Shown here: one piece after another, positions 21,067 through 29,990 of the stretch | How positions within the stretch are numbered: position 1 is the stretch's first letter | Layout: the number at the start of each line of letters is the position of its first letter | Assembly (NCBI GenBank): GCA_028699085.1 | Contig: JAQVVF010000002.1 | Location: 132,557 to 196,556, forward strand | Source: Patescibacteria group bacterium | GTDB lineage: Bacteria > Patescibacteriota > JABMPQ01 > JAQVVF01 | DNA length: 64,000 bases | Direction: 5' to 3' | Translations under genes and position numbers: made by a program | The notes under the pieces: model-generated | The model's database searches: none | What the model saw: the letters and a program-made list of their open reading frames with translations, nothing else | What the model was told of the DNA's origin: nothing

Positions 21067-21642
21067 TTATTTAATTATAAAAGTCTGCACATCATTATAA
21101 TCAATGTCTTCCTGTCTAAAATACTCTTCGATACTGCAATCATTCAAAACCTTATAAATCGCTGCATTAATTCCACCATGACTAACAATCAAAATATTTT
21201 TATCAGAATATTCGTTCTTAATTTTTTCAACAAATTTCCTTACTCTTTCTACGATTTCTTTTCTTGACTCTCCAGTTCTTCCTAATTTAAAATTATATCT
21301 TTCTTCTCCAGGTTGCATTCGTCTATACCTACGATAATCTTCATCATTTTCTAGCAACTCTTTTTTTGTTCTATCATTCCATTCTCCATAATCATATTCC
21401 GAAACTAAAGGATCTATTACAATTTTTACATTAAACTTTTTATTCAAAATATCAGCAGTCTCACGCGCTCTCAAAACCGGCGAAGTAATAATTAAATCAA
21501 TTCTGTCTTTTATTTTCTTGGTCAATTCATTAACTTCCCTTCTTCCTTTCTCAGTTAACGGGAATTTATCTAGACTACAAGATTTAACATCTAAAGTATT
21601 CTTCTCGCTTTCTCCATGTCTAACAAAAATTAGTTTAATCAT
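21067..21642 (-). CDS. Histidine phosphatase (phosphoglycerate mutase-like) family protein
   Basis: VRHGES, SP..RARETA, E.DYGEW, GES, IVSHGG; ATG at 21642. Confidence 0.92.
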   Translation of the reverse strand: MIKLIFVRHGESEKNTLDVKSCSLDKFPLTEKGRREVNELTKKIKDRIDLIITSPVLRARETADILNKKFNVKIVIDPLVSEYDYGEWNDRTKKELLENDEDYRRYRRMQPGEERYNFKLGRTGESRKEIVERVRKFVEKIKNEYSDKNILIVSHGGINAAIYKVLNDCSIEEYFRQEDIDYNDVQTFIIK

Positions 21643-21652
21643 AACTATTTCC

Positions 21653-21846
21653 AAAAATAAAAACCCTCATACAGAGGGCGATTAAATTCGCGGTACCACC
21701 TCAATTCAATATTAAATATTAAATATTCAATATTCTTATTTAAAAGCTATTACGGGCTTACCCGTACAGATCTAATTGCTAAAAACTTTAGCTTTCTTCT
21801 GTCAACTAATCTGGCGATAACCAGACTCAAACGTTTTTTAATTTAC
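21653..21846 (-). promoter_or_regulatory. T-box riboswitch, Ile (AUC) specifier, ultrashort Stem I, with intrinsic terminator
   Basis: Minus strand: Stem I tctgg-ttATCg-ccaga; Stem II acaga...tctgt; IIA/B tacggg-taag-cccgta; T-box AATTGAGGTGGTACCGCG with partner cgccctc; terminator ccctc-tgtat-gaggg plus U-tract. Confidence 0.88.
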
Positions 21847-21852
21847 AGCTTT

Positions 21853-21880
21853 ATTCTACCAGAAATACAAATTTTGTCAA
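21853..21880 (-). promoter_or_regulatory. sigma70 promoter driving the T-box leader
   Basis: TTGACA-N16-TAGAAT with extended -10 TG. Confidence 0.7.
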
Positions 21881-21912
21881 AAATTTGTTATTATTAATTT
21901 ATAATTTAATTT

Positions 21913-24162
21913 ATGATCAAAAAAATCACTCTCAACATTTTTGGCATGCATTGCGCCTCTTGCGCAGCCAACATTGAAAATGCCTTAAAAAAAGAGCCAG
22001 GCATTATTAGCATTAATATAAATTATGCTAATGAAAAAGCTCTTCTTGAAATTGACGACAGCAAAATTAATGTGCAAAAAATTCAAGAAAAAATCATCGA
22101 ACTTGGCTACAAATCTGAACAAGAAAAAATGGAACATCAAGGTCACGGCTATCATTCCCATGCTGATGTTGAAAAAAAATCAGAAATTAACAAACTAAAA
22201 AATCAATTCATCTTTTCTTTAATTCTAGGCTTGCCTCTTATTTATATCGCAATGGGCGATCTTCTTGGTCTTCCAATCCCAACATTTTTTGAAAATTATT
22301 TAATTTATATCGAATTTATTTTAGCAACTGCAGTTATTATTGTTTGTTTCAAAATTTGGATTCAAGGCTTTAAAGCATTATTCAGATTTCAGCCTGACAT
22401 GGACTCGTTAGTCTTTATCGGTACAGCAACTGCCTATTTTTATAGTTTGATAGTTTCTATTATCTCTTTAACAAACAAAAACTTTCAAATGTCTGAGCTT
22501 TATTATGAAAGTTCTGTTTTTATATTAATCTTTATTACTTTAGGAGACTATTTAGAAACAATTACAAAAGGCAAAACAAGCGATGCAATAAAAAAATTAA
22601 TCGGCTTAAGTCCAAAAGAAACAACAATTATTAAAAATAATCAAGAAATAAAAATCAAAACGCAAGATGTTGAAGTTAATGATATTATTTTAATCAGGCC
22701 TGGCGAAAAAATTCCAGTCGACGGCATTATTACCAAAGGCTTTTCAACAATTGATGAAAAAGCAATCACTGGAGAAAGCATTCCTGTTGAGAAAAAACAA
22801 GGCGACAAAATTATCGCTGGAACAATTAACAAAGCTGGCAGTTTTCAATTTCAAGCTACAAAAGTTGGTAATGATACAATGCTTTCTCAAATTATTCGAA
22901 TCGTTGAACAAGCTATGGGTTCAAAAGCACCAATCCAAGAGCTTGCTGACAAAGTTTCCTTCTATTTCGTACCAGTTGTTATTATAGTCGCAATTATTGC
23001 ATTAATTATTTGGCTAATTGCCGGACACACTTTAGCTTTTTCTATAACCATTTTTGTTGCTGTATTAATTGTTGCCTGTCCTTGCGCATTAGGCTTAGCA
23101 ACTCCAGTTGCAGTTATGATGGGAACAGGCCTTGCAGCTTCCAATGGAATTTTAATTAGATCTGGAAAAGCATTAGAGATTGCCAACAAAATAAATATGA
23201 TCGTTTTCGATAAAACTGGGACTCTAACTTTAGGAAAATTAAAAGTTCAAAATATTATCCAAAATCCAAAGCATGATTTTTCAATAGAACAAATTACAAA
23301 AATTGCTAGTTCAATTGCTCAGTTTTCCAACCATCCAATTTCCAAAGCAATTATTGATTACGCAAGATCAAAGCAAATTAAGTTAGATGAATTTAATAAT
23401 TTTAAAGAAATTCAAGGCAAAGGTGTTATTGCCTTTTGTCCAACTCATGACCTGCCAGCTCTAGTTGGCAATACAAAAATGCTCGCTGATCAAGGTCTGG
23501 ATACAACATGGGCAGATTCAATTAATAAAAAATATGCTCACAAAGGAATTGTTGTCTTTGTCGGTCACCATGATAAAGAAGTAATGGGTGCAATAATAAT
23601 TGCCGATGAAATTCGAAAAGAAACTCCTGACGTAATTTCAAAATTTAAAAAAATGGGAATTAAAATCGCCATGATCACTGGCGATAATAAAGAAACGGCA
23701 AATAATATTGCCCAACAAATTGGTATTGATGAAATTTCTGCGGAAATTTTGCCACAAGACAAATTGCAAGAAATCAAAAATTTGCAACAACAAGGAAATG
23801 TTGTTGCTATGGTTGGAGATGGTATTAATGATGCCCCAGCCTTAGCTCAAGCTAATCTAGGAATTGCTTTGGGCTCTGGCACAGATGTTGCAATTGAAAC
23901 TGGCGAAATTATTTTAATTAAAAATGATTTAAGAGACGTATTAAAAGCAATTGATCTAAGTAGTTATACCCTAAAAAAAATAAAACAAGGATTATTTTGG
24001 GCCTTTATCTATAATATCATTGGCATTCCGATCGCAGCCGGAATTTTATACCCATTTACAGGTTGGCTTTTGAGTCCAATGATTGCAGCAGCTGCCATGG
24101 CTTTTTCATCTGTCAGTGTTGTCTTAAATGCCTTATTAATGAAAGGTTATAAAAATAAATAG
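21913..24162 (+). CDS. copA: Copper-translocating P1B-type ATPase
   Basis: GMHCASC heavy-metal domain, TGES, CPCALGLA, DKTGT, HP, GDGINDAP, YN..GIP. Confidence 0.92.
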   Translation: MIKKITLNIFGMHCASCAANIENALKKEPGIISININYANEKALLEIDDSKINVQKIQEKIIELGYKSEQEKMEHQGHGYHSHADVEKKSEINKLKNQFIFSLILGLPLIYIAMGDLLGLPIPTFFENYLIYIEFILATAVIIVCFKIWIQGFKALFRFQPDMDSLVFIGTATAYFYSLIVSIISLTNKNFQMSELYYESSVFILIFITLGDYLETITKGKTSDAIKKLIGLSPKETTIIKNNQEIKIKTQDVEVNDIILIRPGEKIPVDGIITKGFSTIDEKAITGESIPVEKKQGDKIIAGTINKAGSFQFQATKVGNDTMLSQIIRIVEQAMGSKAPIQELADKVSFYFVPVVIIVAIIALIIWLIAGHTLAFSITIFVAVLIVACPCALGLATPVAVMMGTGLAASNGILIRSGKALEIANKINMIVFDKTGTLTLGKLKVQNIIQNPKHDFSIEQITKIASSIAQFSNHPISKAIIDYARSKQIKLDEFNNFKEIQGKGVIAFCPTHDLPALVGNTKMLADQGLDTTWADSINKKYAHKGIVVFVGHHDKEVMGAIIIADEIRKETPDVISKFKKMGIKIAMITGDNKETANNIAQQIGIDEISAEILPQDKLQEIKNLQQQGNVVAMVGDGINDAPALAQANLGIALGSGTDVAIETGEIILIKNDLRDVLKAIDLSSYTLKKIKQGLFWAFIYNIIGIPIAAGILYPFTGWLLSPMIAAAAMAFSSVSVVLNALLMKGYKNK

Positions 24163-24168
24163 ATCATT

Positions 24169-24684
24169 ATGCAAAAAACATTAGATATCGAAATTGAAAA
24201 AGCAATTCGTTTGATTTCAAAATATTTTCCAATATCAAACGAAAACACCAGAAAACCAGTTTTATTTCATGACATCAGAGTTGGAACATACTTATATGAA
24301 AAAAATTATTCTCGCGAAATTATCCTAGCTGGATTTTTACACGACACAATCGAATTCTCTAATATTGATGAACAAATGTTAACAAAAGAATTCGGAGAAA
24401 ATGTAACAAAAATTGTTTTAGCCAGCACTAAAAACAAAGCCTTAAAAAAAGACCAGATAAATGAAGAATTAATAAAACGTTGCGCCGAAAATGGCAAAGA
24501 TGCACTTATTATAAAAACAGCCGATACTATTGATAGTTTTAAATATTATTCAAAAATAAATAATACTGATCAACTTCAAAATCATTGCCTTGTAACTGCA
24601 AATTTGATTTTTAAGTATTTACCGAATAATATTGAAGACCCAATTTTTGACGAACTAAAAAAATGGCAAGAAAAAAATAAATAA
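24169..24684 (+). CDS. HD-domain protein, SpoT/Mesh1-like small alarmone hydrolase fold
   Basis: P..H..V, AGFLHDTIE, EFGENV..IV, IK.AD. Confidence 0.7.
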   Translation: MQKTLDIEIEKAIRLISKYFPISNENTRKPVLFHDIRVGTYLYEKNYSREIILAGFLHDTIEFSNIDEQMLTKEFGENVTKIVLASTKNKALKKDQINEELIKRCAENGKDALIIKTADTIDSFKYYSKINNTDQLQNHCLVTANLIFKYLPNNIEDPIFDELKKWQEKNK

Positions 24685-24716
24685 AAAACGCTACCAAGTA
24701 GCGCAAAGAAATAGTT

Positions 24717-25115
24717 TTATTTATTTTTATCTATTTCCTCAAAGGACACTTCTCCATTGTCATCAATGTGAGCAAGAAAAAACCAACTAGTCAGCCCCTC
24801 AATCTTCCTGATATCATCAATAATTCTTCTTATCTCTCCAATCTGAAATTCCCTATCAGCATCTTCAGAACAACCACACATAATCCTTCCTCCATATGCG
24901 AGACAATCAGTATGCTGAACAAATATTGCACGACTAATTCCCAAACGGCTAACAGCAAATTCAAGATCAGTTAAAACACGAAAGTTATCTTTTGTTCCAC
25001 CAATCAATGTAAATGAATAATGATTAGGTGGCACATCAAAAGATCTCAAAAAATTTTCCAAAGGTTCATTCAATCGGCCATCAACGCAACGAAATACTGC
25101 CCACTTTCCTGCCAT
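24717..25115 (-). CDS. Beta-carbonic-anhydrase-like small metalloprotein
   Basis: CVDGRL and HTDC.AYG zinc-ligand motifs; GGGAGG SD; TTGACA-N16-TATTTT promoter. Confidence 0.7.
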   Translation of the reverse strand: MAGKWAVFRCVDGRLNEPLENFLRSFDVPPNHYSFTLIGGTKDNFRVLTDLEFAVSRLGISRAIFVQHTDCLAYGGRIMCGCSEDADREFQIGEIRRIIDDIRKIEGLTSWFFLAHIDDNGEVSFEEIDKNK

Positions 25116-25243
25116 TTCCGCCATCCTCCCTCTATCACGACAAGATAAAAAATAACATATTAACAATAACTGTCAATAAAAAAACCGTTAAACATTTTCA
25201 CGGTTTTTATTTCGAAATTTTTATAACAACTAAATTAACATCT

Positions 25244-27871
25244 CTACTTTGCTAGATATGCAATCCATAACTCTCCATCTTTGATATAAACCAACCTTTC
25301 ATTATCAACTGACAATTTTAAATAACTATATTTTCCAGACTTTTCAATTAATCTTTTATTCTCACTTCCATCGTTGTTAACAACAGAAATACCCATATCA
25401 TCAGCAAAAAAAATTCTACTAGAATCAGCACTCCAATCAAAAGTAGTTATACTTTTTTCTGCTAAAGTTTTTTTATCCGATCCATCTGGCTTTATAATAG
25501 ACAAATTATTATCTTGTCTAAAAGCAATATATAAACTATTTGGAGACCATTTGTAATCGTAAGATACAGGCTTAACTCCAAATTTTGTTGAAAAACATGG
25601 CAACAATCCTTCAGCTATCAGTCCACTCTCAACGTCTAAAACATTACCAGAATCTTGAACAACCATTTTTGTACTATCAGGCGACCATAAAACAAAACTT
25701 TCTGGATCAAAACCGCCATCTCTACCAAAAACATTATTTCCTCCTAACCTTTTATTTTCAACTACTTTTTCATTTTCTATTCTCAATAACCAAACATCTT
25801 TATCTCCTTTTAATAAAGCAATATATTTTTTATCCGGCGACCATCTGATCCAATTCGTTGAACTCTTTATATCTCCCTCATAAATTATCTTCGGATCAAC
25901 TTCGCCTTTTTTATATAAATATATTCTATTATTCGAATCCAATGCAACAACTTCTTTTCCATCATTAGAGATATCCCAACCAAACCAGTTTTTATTCCAA
26001 TTACTAATTTCTTTTTTATCAACCAAATTTCCATCTTTATCCATCCAAATAATATCTAAATTATTATTCATCAGATTATCATAGACTACAGTTCCATCAT
26101 CAAACCACCTTGTTTTATAACTGCTGCTCAAAGAATAAATTTCATCACCAATCTTTTTAGATTCCTTATTTTCAAGGTTAGTCAAACTATAATAAATCGA
26201 GGGCGAAGTAACGCCCTCATTATTTTTACTAAATACTTCTGATAATATACTTTTACCATTTGGTGAAAAAGTCTGGCCTTTTAGATATTCTTCTTCAGCC
26301 GTAGTCGTAATTTGATCTTCAGATTTAACAGAGATATCTTCATTGCTACTAACTTGAGCTTCTTCTTTTTTCGGCTTATCTGTAAAATTTATCAACCAAA
26401 CTTCATTTCCTGATATATAAGACAATTTTTGGCCATCTGTTGACCATGTAACATTAGAATAGTCTTTATCTTCTTTAGAAACCTGTCGCAAAGAAGTTCC
26501 ATCGGATCCAACCATCCATAATTTTCGATCATTAACATAAATAATTTTTTCTCCATCCGGAGACCAAGTACCAAAAATATTTAATAATCCGCCATCATTA
26601 ACATCTCCTTCTCTATGCAACAACTCAATCCTTTTTGATCCATCTAAATTCATTACATACAAATCAAAAATTGCATGATTTGGATCAGAGTTTATATTAT
26701 CTTTATAATATTCATAAACTAAAACTTTATCTGAAGTTGGAGATAAAACACTTTTCATGCGCGTAAAAGAATCTTCGTCATTAGAAATCAAAGTTTTTTC
26801 TGGATCAATTGAATAAACATTGCTAGAAACATTATCCAGTAGAAATTTATCATTTGCAGACCATATCATATCAACAGAAACATTCGAATTTTCAGGAATA
26901 TAAGTCACTCCCAATCTTTTAAAATCAGCTAAATTCTCTACCTTAGAATCAATTACTCCAACTTCAAAATTATCAAATTTTTGATATACATCTTTATTTT
27001 CTAATCTTTTCAAAAAAGCAATATGATTACCATCATGAGACCATCGCGGATTCAAAAAAACAATTTTATCATTATTCTTTTCTTTTCCTAGACTTCTCGA
27101 CTGTCCTGTTTGCAAATCCTTGATAACGACCTCCCCGCTATTTTTTATTAAAACTATTTTTCTTCCATCAGAAGCAAGATCATAACTAACAGCTTTATCC
27201 AGATCAATACTCGTTAGATTATCGCCACTAAAATTTGTTTTTATTATTTTTCTTTCATTATTAAAAATATCAATTGCAGTTTTACCAATAATTTTCAAAT
27301 CATTTGCCGATGCATGATAAAAAAAATTAGCTAAATCTTTTCTTTCCTTATTTTCCAAAATAAACAATTTTCCTTTCCAAGGATAATTAACATCATTTTC
27401 TTTAGACAAACTCTTATCTTCATCCAAGAAAACTAATCTTGAAGAATCAGCAGACCATGATGAACTCAACAAATTCTTTTTTTCATCATCAGTATCAGAA
27501 ATTTTTTCTTCAGACGAAATTATAAAATTATCCCAATCTAATCGCGCAGCACCAATTGGAATATCCTTTTTAATAACCACTTTATCTTCCAAAACATTAT
27601 AACTCTTTGAAAATGGCCAGAAAGTATACAATTTAGCAACCACAAAATATCCTGCTAACATAACTAAAATAATAACTGGCAATACTAACCAAATTCTTCC
27701 GCCTTTCTTTTGTTTTTTAATTTTCTTAATCTTTTTTGGCTTGATTCTAATTGGTTTAGCTGGTTTTGTCTGTTTCTTTACTTTCTTTTTTAAACTCAAA
27801 ATTGGCTTTTTCTTTAAAGTCTTTTTAGTAATTGTTTTTTTGGATATTTTTTTTACCTTTTTTAACGCCAT
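25244..27871 (-). CDS. Membrane-anchored TolB/WD40-like beta-propeller protein with Lys-rich N-terminal tail
   Basis: Repeated WSPDG/WSAD motifs; TM helix after a ~58-aa Lys-rich segment. Confidence 0.8.
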   Translation of the reverse strand: MALKKVKKISKKTITKKTLKKKPILSLKKKVKKQTKPAKPIRIKPKKIKKIKKQKKGGRIWLVLPVIILVMLAGYFVVAKLYTFWPFSKSYNVLEDKVVIKKDIPIGAARLDWDNFIISSEEKISDTDDEKKNLLSSSWSADSSRLVFLDEDKSLSKENDVNYPWKGKLFILENKERKDLANFFYHASANDLKIIGKTAIDIFNNERKIIKTNFSGDNLTSIDLDKAVSYDLASDGRKIVLIKNSGEVVIKDLQTGQSRSLGKEKNNDKIVFLNPRWSHDGNHIAFLKRLENKDVYQKFDNFEVGVIDSKVENLADFKRLGVTYIPENSNVSVDMIWSANDKFLLDNVSSNVYSIDPEKTLISNDEDSFTRMKSVLSPTSDKVLVYEYYKDNINSDPNHAIFDLYVMNLDGSKRIELLHREGDVNDGGLLNIFGTWSPDGEKIIYVNDRKLWMVGSDGTSLRQVSKEDKDYSNVTWSTDGQKLSYISGNEVWLINFTDKPKKEEAQVSSNEDISVKSEDQITTTAEEEYLKGQTFSPNGKSILSEVFSKNNEGVTSPSIYYSLTNLENKESKKIGDEIYSLSSSYKTRWFDDGTVVYDNLMNNNLDIIWMDKDGNLVDKKEISNWNKNWFGWDISNDGKEVVALDSNNRIYLYKKGEVDPKIIYEGDIKSSTNWIRWSPDKKYIALLKGDKDVWLLRIENEKVVENKRLGGNNVFGRDGGFDPESFVLWSPDSTKMVVQDSGNVLDVESGLIAEGLLPCFSTKFGVKPVSYDYKWSPNSLYIAFRQDNNLSIIKPDGSDKKTLAEKSITTFDWSADSSRIFFADDMGISVVNNDGSENKRLIEKSGKYSYLKLSVDNERLVYIKDGELWIAYLAK

Positions 27872-27935
27872 AATATTTGAAAATTTACAAATTATATGTT
27901 ATTTTTGATGCAACATAACAGCCAAGGAGAACAGA

Positions 27936-28268
27936 ATGGACTTGCAAACAGAATTTGATAAATTAGTTAAAGACTGGAAAGTTCATTGCGAAAAAAATTG
28001 TTTTAGTTCTATTATGAGTATTTTTTATGATTGCGAAGCAGTCAGAAAAATTATTGCGCTTGGATATTCAGCACTGCCTCTCATCCAAGAAGAACTTTCT
28101 GTAAAACACACAATCCCTTACGGCTTTCTCTGGCGACATGTAGTCTACAGCATTGTTCCTGAACTAGAAATCCCAGAAGAAATGCGAGGAAAAGTCAACG
28201 AAATTGAAGCCTTTACATTGCAATGGCTAAACAATAATATCCATCGATTTGCACACCCCACTCCTTAA
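27936..28268 (+). CDS. Hypothetical protein (self-contained cassette)
   Basis: AAGGAGA SD, TTGAAA-N17-TATTTT promoter, terminator actcct-taaa-aggagt plus T-run. Confidence 0.7.
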   Translation: MDLQTEFDKLVKDWKVHCEKNCFSSIMSIFYDCEAVRKIIALGYSALPLIQEELSVKHTIPYGFLWRHVVYSIVPELEIPEEMRGKVNEIEAFTLQWLNNNIHRFAHPTP

Positions 28269-28279
28269 AAAGGAGTTTT

Positions 28280-28651
28280 TTATTTAATTTTTATGACATT
28301 TCCATTCATATCCATCTCCACAAAATGATGTGTTTTACCGGAAATAAAACTCTTACATTGATTTTCTGGTTGATTATCAAGAGCAACTCTTGGATTATGA
28401 ACAATGTCAACTGACCAATCAGCAATTATTTCTTCTGCTAAACAAGGACCAGACGATAAATCAATTTCCTGATTTGCTTTTTGAGCAAATAATTCTTTGG
28501 CCTTTAATTCTGCAATATCTTTCTGTAATTTTTGTTCCGTATTCAAAACCTCAACTCCCAAAGATTGATTAACAGTATTTTGAATATCGTTCTTACAACC
28601 AGCACCTAAAAAAACAAACATTCCAAAAAATAATATCAAAAACTTTTTCAT
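28280..28651 (-). CDS. Lipoprotein, hypothetical
   Basis: LGAGC signal; GPCL...W.VDI.H.PR...ENQC..F..G...HFVE. Confidence 0.75.
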   Translation of the reverse strand: MKKFLILFFGMFVFLGAGCKNDIQNTVNQSLGVEVLNTEQKLQKDIAELKAKELFAQKANQEIDLSSGPCLAEEIIADWSVDIVHNPRVALDNQPENQCKSFISGKTHHFVEMDMNGNVIKIK

Positions 28652-28661
28652 AGTTTTCTCC

Positions 28662-28736
28662 GTCATCCTGAACCGCTATGAATGATCCCATAATTATTGC
28701 TAAATTTCGAGATTCTTCGCGTAGCTACAGAATGAC
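28662..28736. repeat. Degenerate REP-like palindromic element
   Basis: Ends gtcatcctg...cagaatgac with internal gagattcttcgc; GC-richer than its surroundings. Confidence 0.55.
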
Positions 28737-28747
28737 AATAAGTAATG

Positions 28748-29893
28748 TTATTTTCCTACAATTTCTTCATAAACTCCTAATGTTTCTCTCGCACATTTCT
28801 CCCATGAAAATTTCTTTACATTTTCATAGCCTTTTTTAATCAAACTATTTCTCAATTCCTGATCTGTCAAAGCCTTTCGCATTGCTTTTGATAATGCATC
28901 AGTATCATAAGGATCAACTAATATCGCTCCATCATCTGCAACTTCTGGCATTGATGTAATATTTGAAGTAATTACTGGTGTTCCAACTTTTTGGGCTTCC
29001 AAAATAGATAATCCAAAACCTTCATAGAAAGATGGAAAAACAAAAAGTGAAGCATTCCTCATTAACAAAGCCTTATCGCTTGATATAATGTATCCTGTAA
29101 AAATAACTTTTTTTGTTAAACCAAATTGTCTGATTGCTCTAAACACATCATCATTATCCCATCCCTTTTTGCCAGAAATAACTAATTGAAAATCATCATA
29201 AGCACTTGTTCCTCGCAAACGATCAAAAGCCTGAATCACTCCCATTACATTTTTCCTTGGCTGAATCGTCCCAACAAATAAAACATATTTTTTTTCTATT
29301 CCAAATTTATTTTTCAAATAGTCTTTTCTTGATTCCGCTGATTGACGTTCATCAATTTTGATATCAACTCCATTATATACAACTGTAACTCTCTCTTCCG
29401 GAATCTGCATAAATTTCACTAAATCCTGTTTTGTATAATTTGAAACGGAAATCACTCTTTTTGCTTTTTTAACACTTTGTGGAACTACAATTCTAGTTGA
29501 AAAAATTTGACCAGGAAACCAAGATTTGTTTTGATAAATCGCCATATCATGAATTGTTACAACCGAATTTTTTGAATAAGCTAATGGAACTGTGCAGGCT
29601 GGAGAATGAAAAACATCAAGCTTTTCACGAGTAACATAGGCAGCTACCAAAAAATGAGAATATGCAATTGGCAAAAAGGTTTTATACTCTATAAAAGGAA
29701 AAAATTTTATTTCCGAATTTCTTTTTTTAAAATGACCAGCATCTCCTACTCTGCGATCAAAAAACAATACATATTTATTTTTTGTATCAATTCTTAATAA
29801 ATTCTCAATCAAATTATAAGTATAATGGCCAACGCCAGCTGCTTCACCTCGTTCTGGATCTAAAATTGTACGACAATCAATTCCAATTTTCAT
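28748..29893 (-). CDS. Glycosyltransferase family 4 (GT-B)
   Basis: VTIHD, VGTIQPRKN, FPSFYEGFGL.ILEA...GTPVI. Confidence 0.92.
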   Translation of the reverse strand: MKIGIDCRTILDPERGEAAGVGHYTYNLIENLLRIDTKNKYVLFFDRRVGDAGHFKKRNSEIKFFPFIEYKTFLPIAYSHFLVAAYVTREKLDVFHSPACTVPLAYSKNSVVTIHDMAIYQNKSWFPGQIFSTRIVVPQSVKKAKRVISVSNYTKQDLVKFMQIPEERVTVVYNGVDIKIDERQSAESRKDYLKNKFGIEKKYVLFVGTIQPRKNVMGVIQAFDRLRGTSAYDDFQLVISGKKGWDNDDVFRAIRQFGLTKKVIFTGYIISSDKALLMRNASLFVFPSFYEGFGLSILEAQKVGTPVITSNITSMPEVADDGAILVDPYDTDALSKAMRKALTDQELRNSLIKKGYENVKKFSWEKCARETLGVYEEIVGK

Positions 29894-29899
29894 AAATGA

Positions 29900-29990
29900 A
29901 AAATTTAAATCTCAAAATGCAAAATGACAATTTAAAATATAAAATTTTTTATTTTACATTGTCATTTTCAATTTTGATTTTTGCATTTTA
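29900..29990. repeat. Inverted pair of 7-nt-periodic repeat tracts
   Basis: caaaatgcaaaatgacaatttaaaat ... attttacattgtcattttcaattttgatttttgcatttta; near copy at ~34040-34085. Confidence 0.65.
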
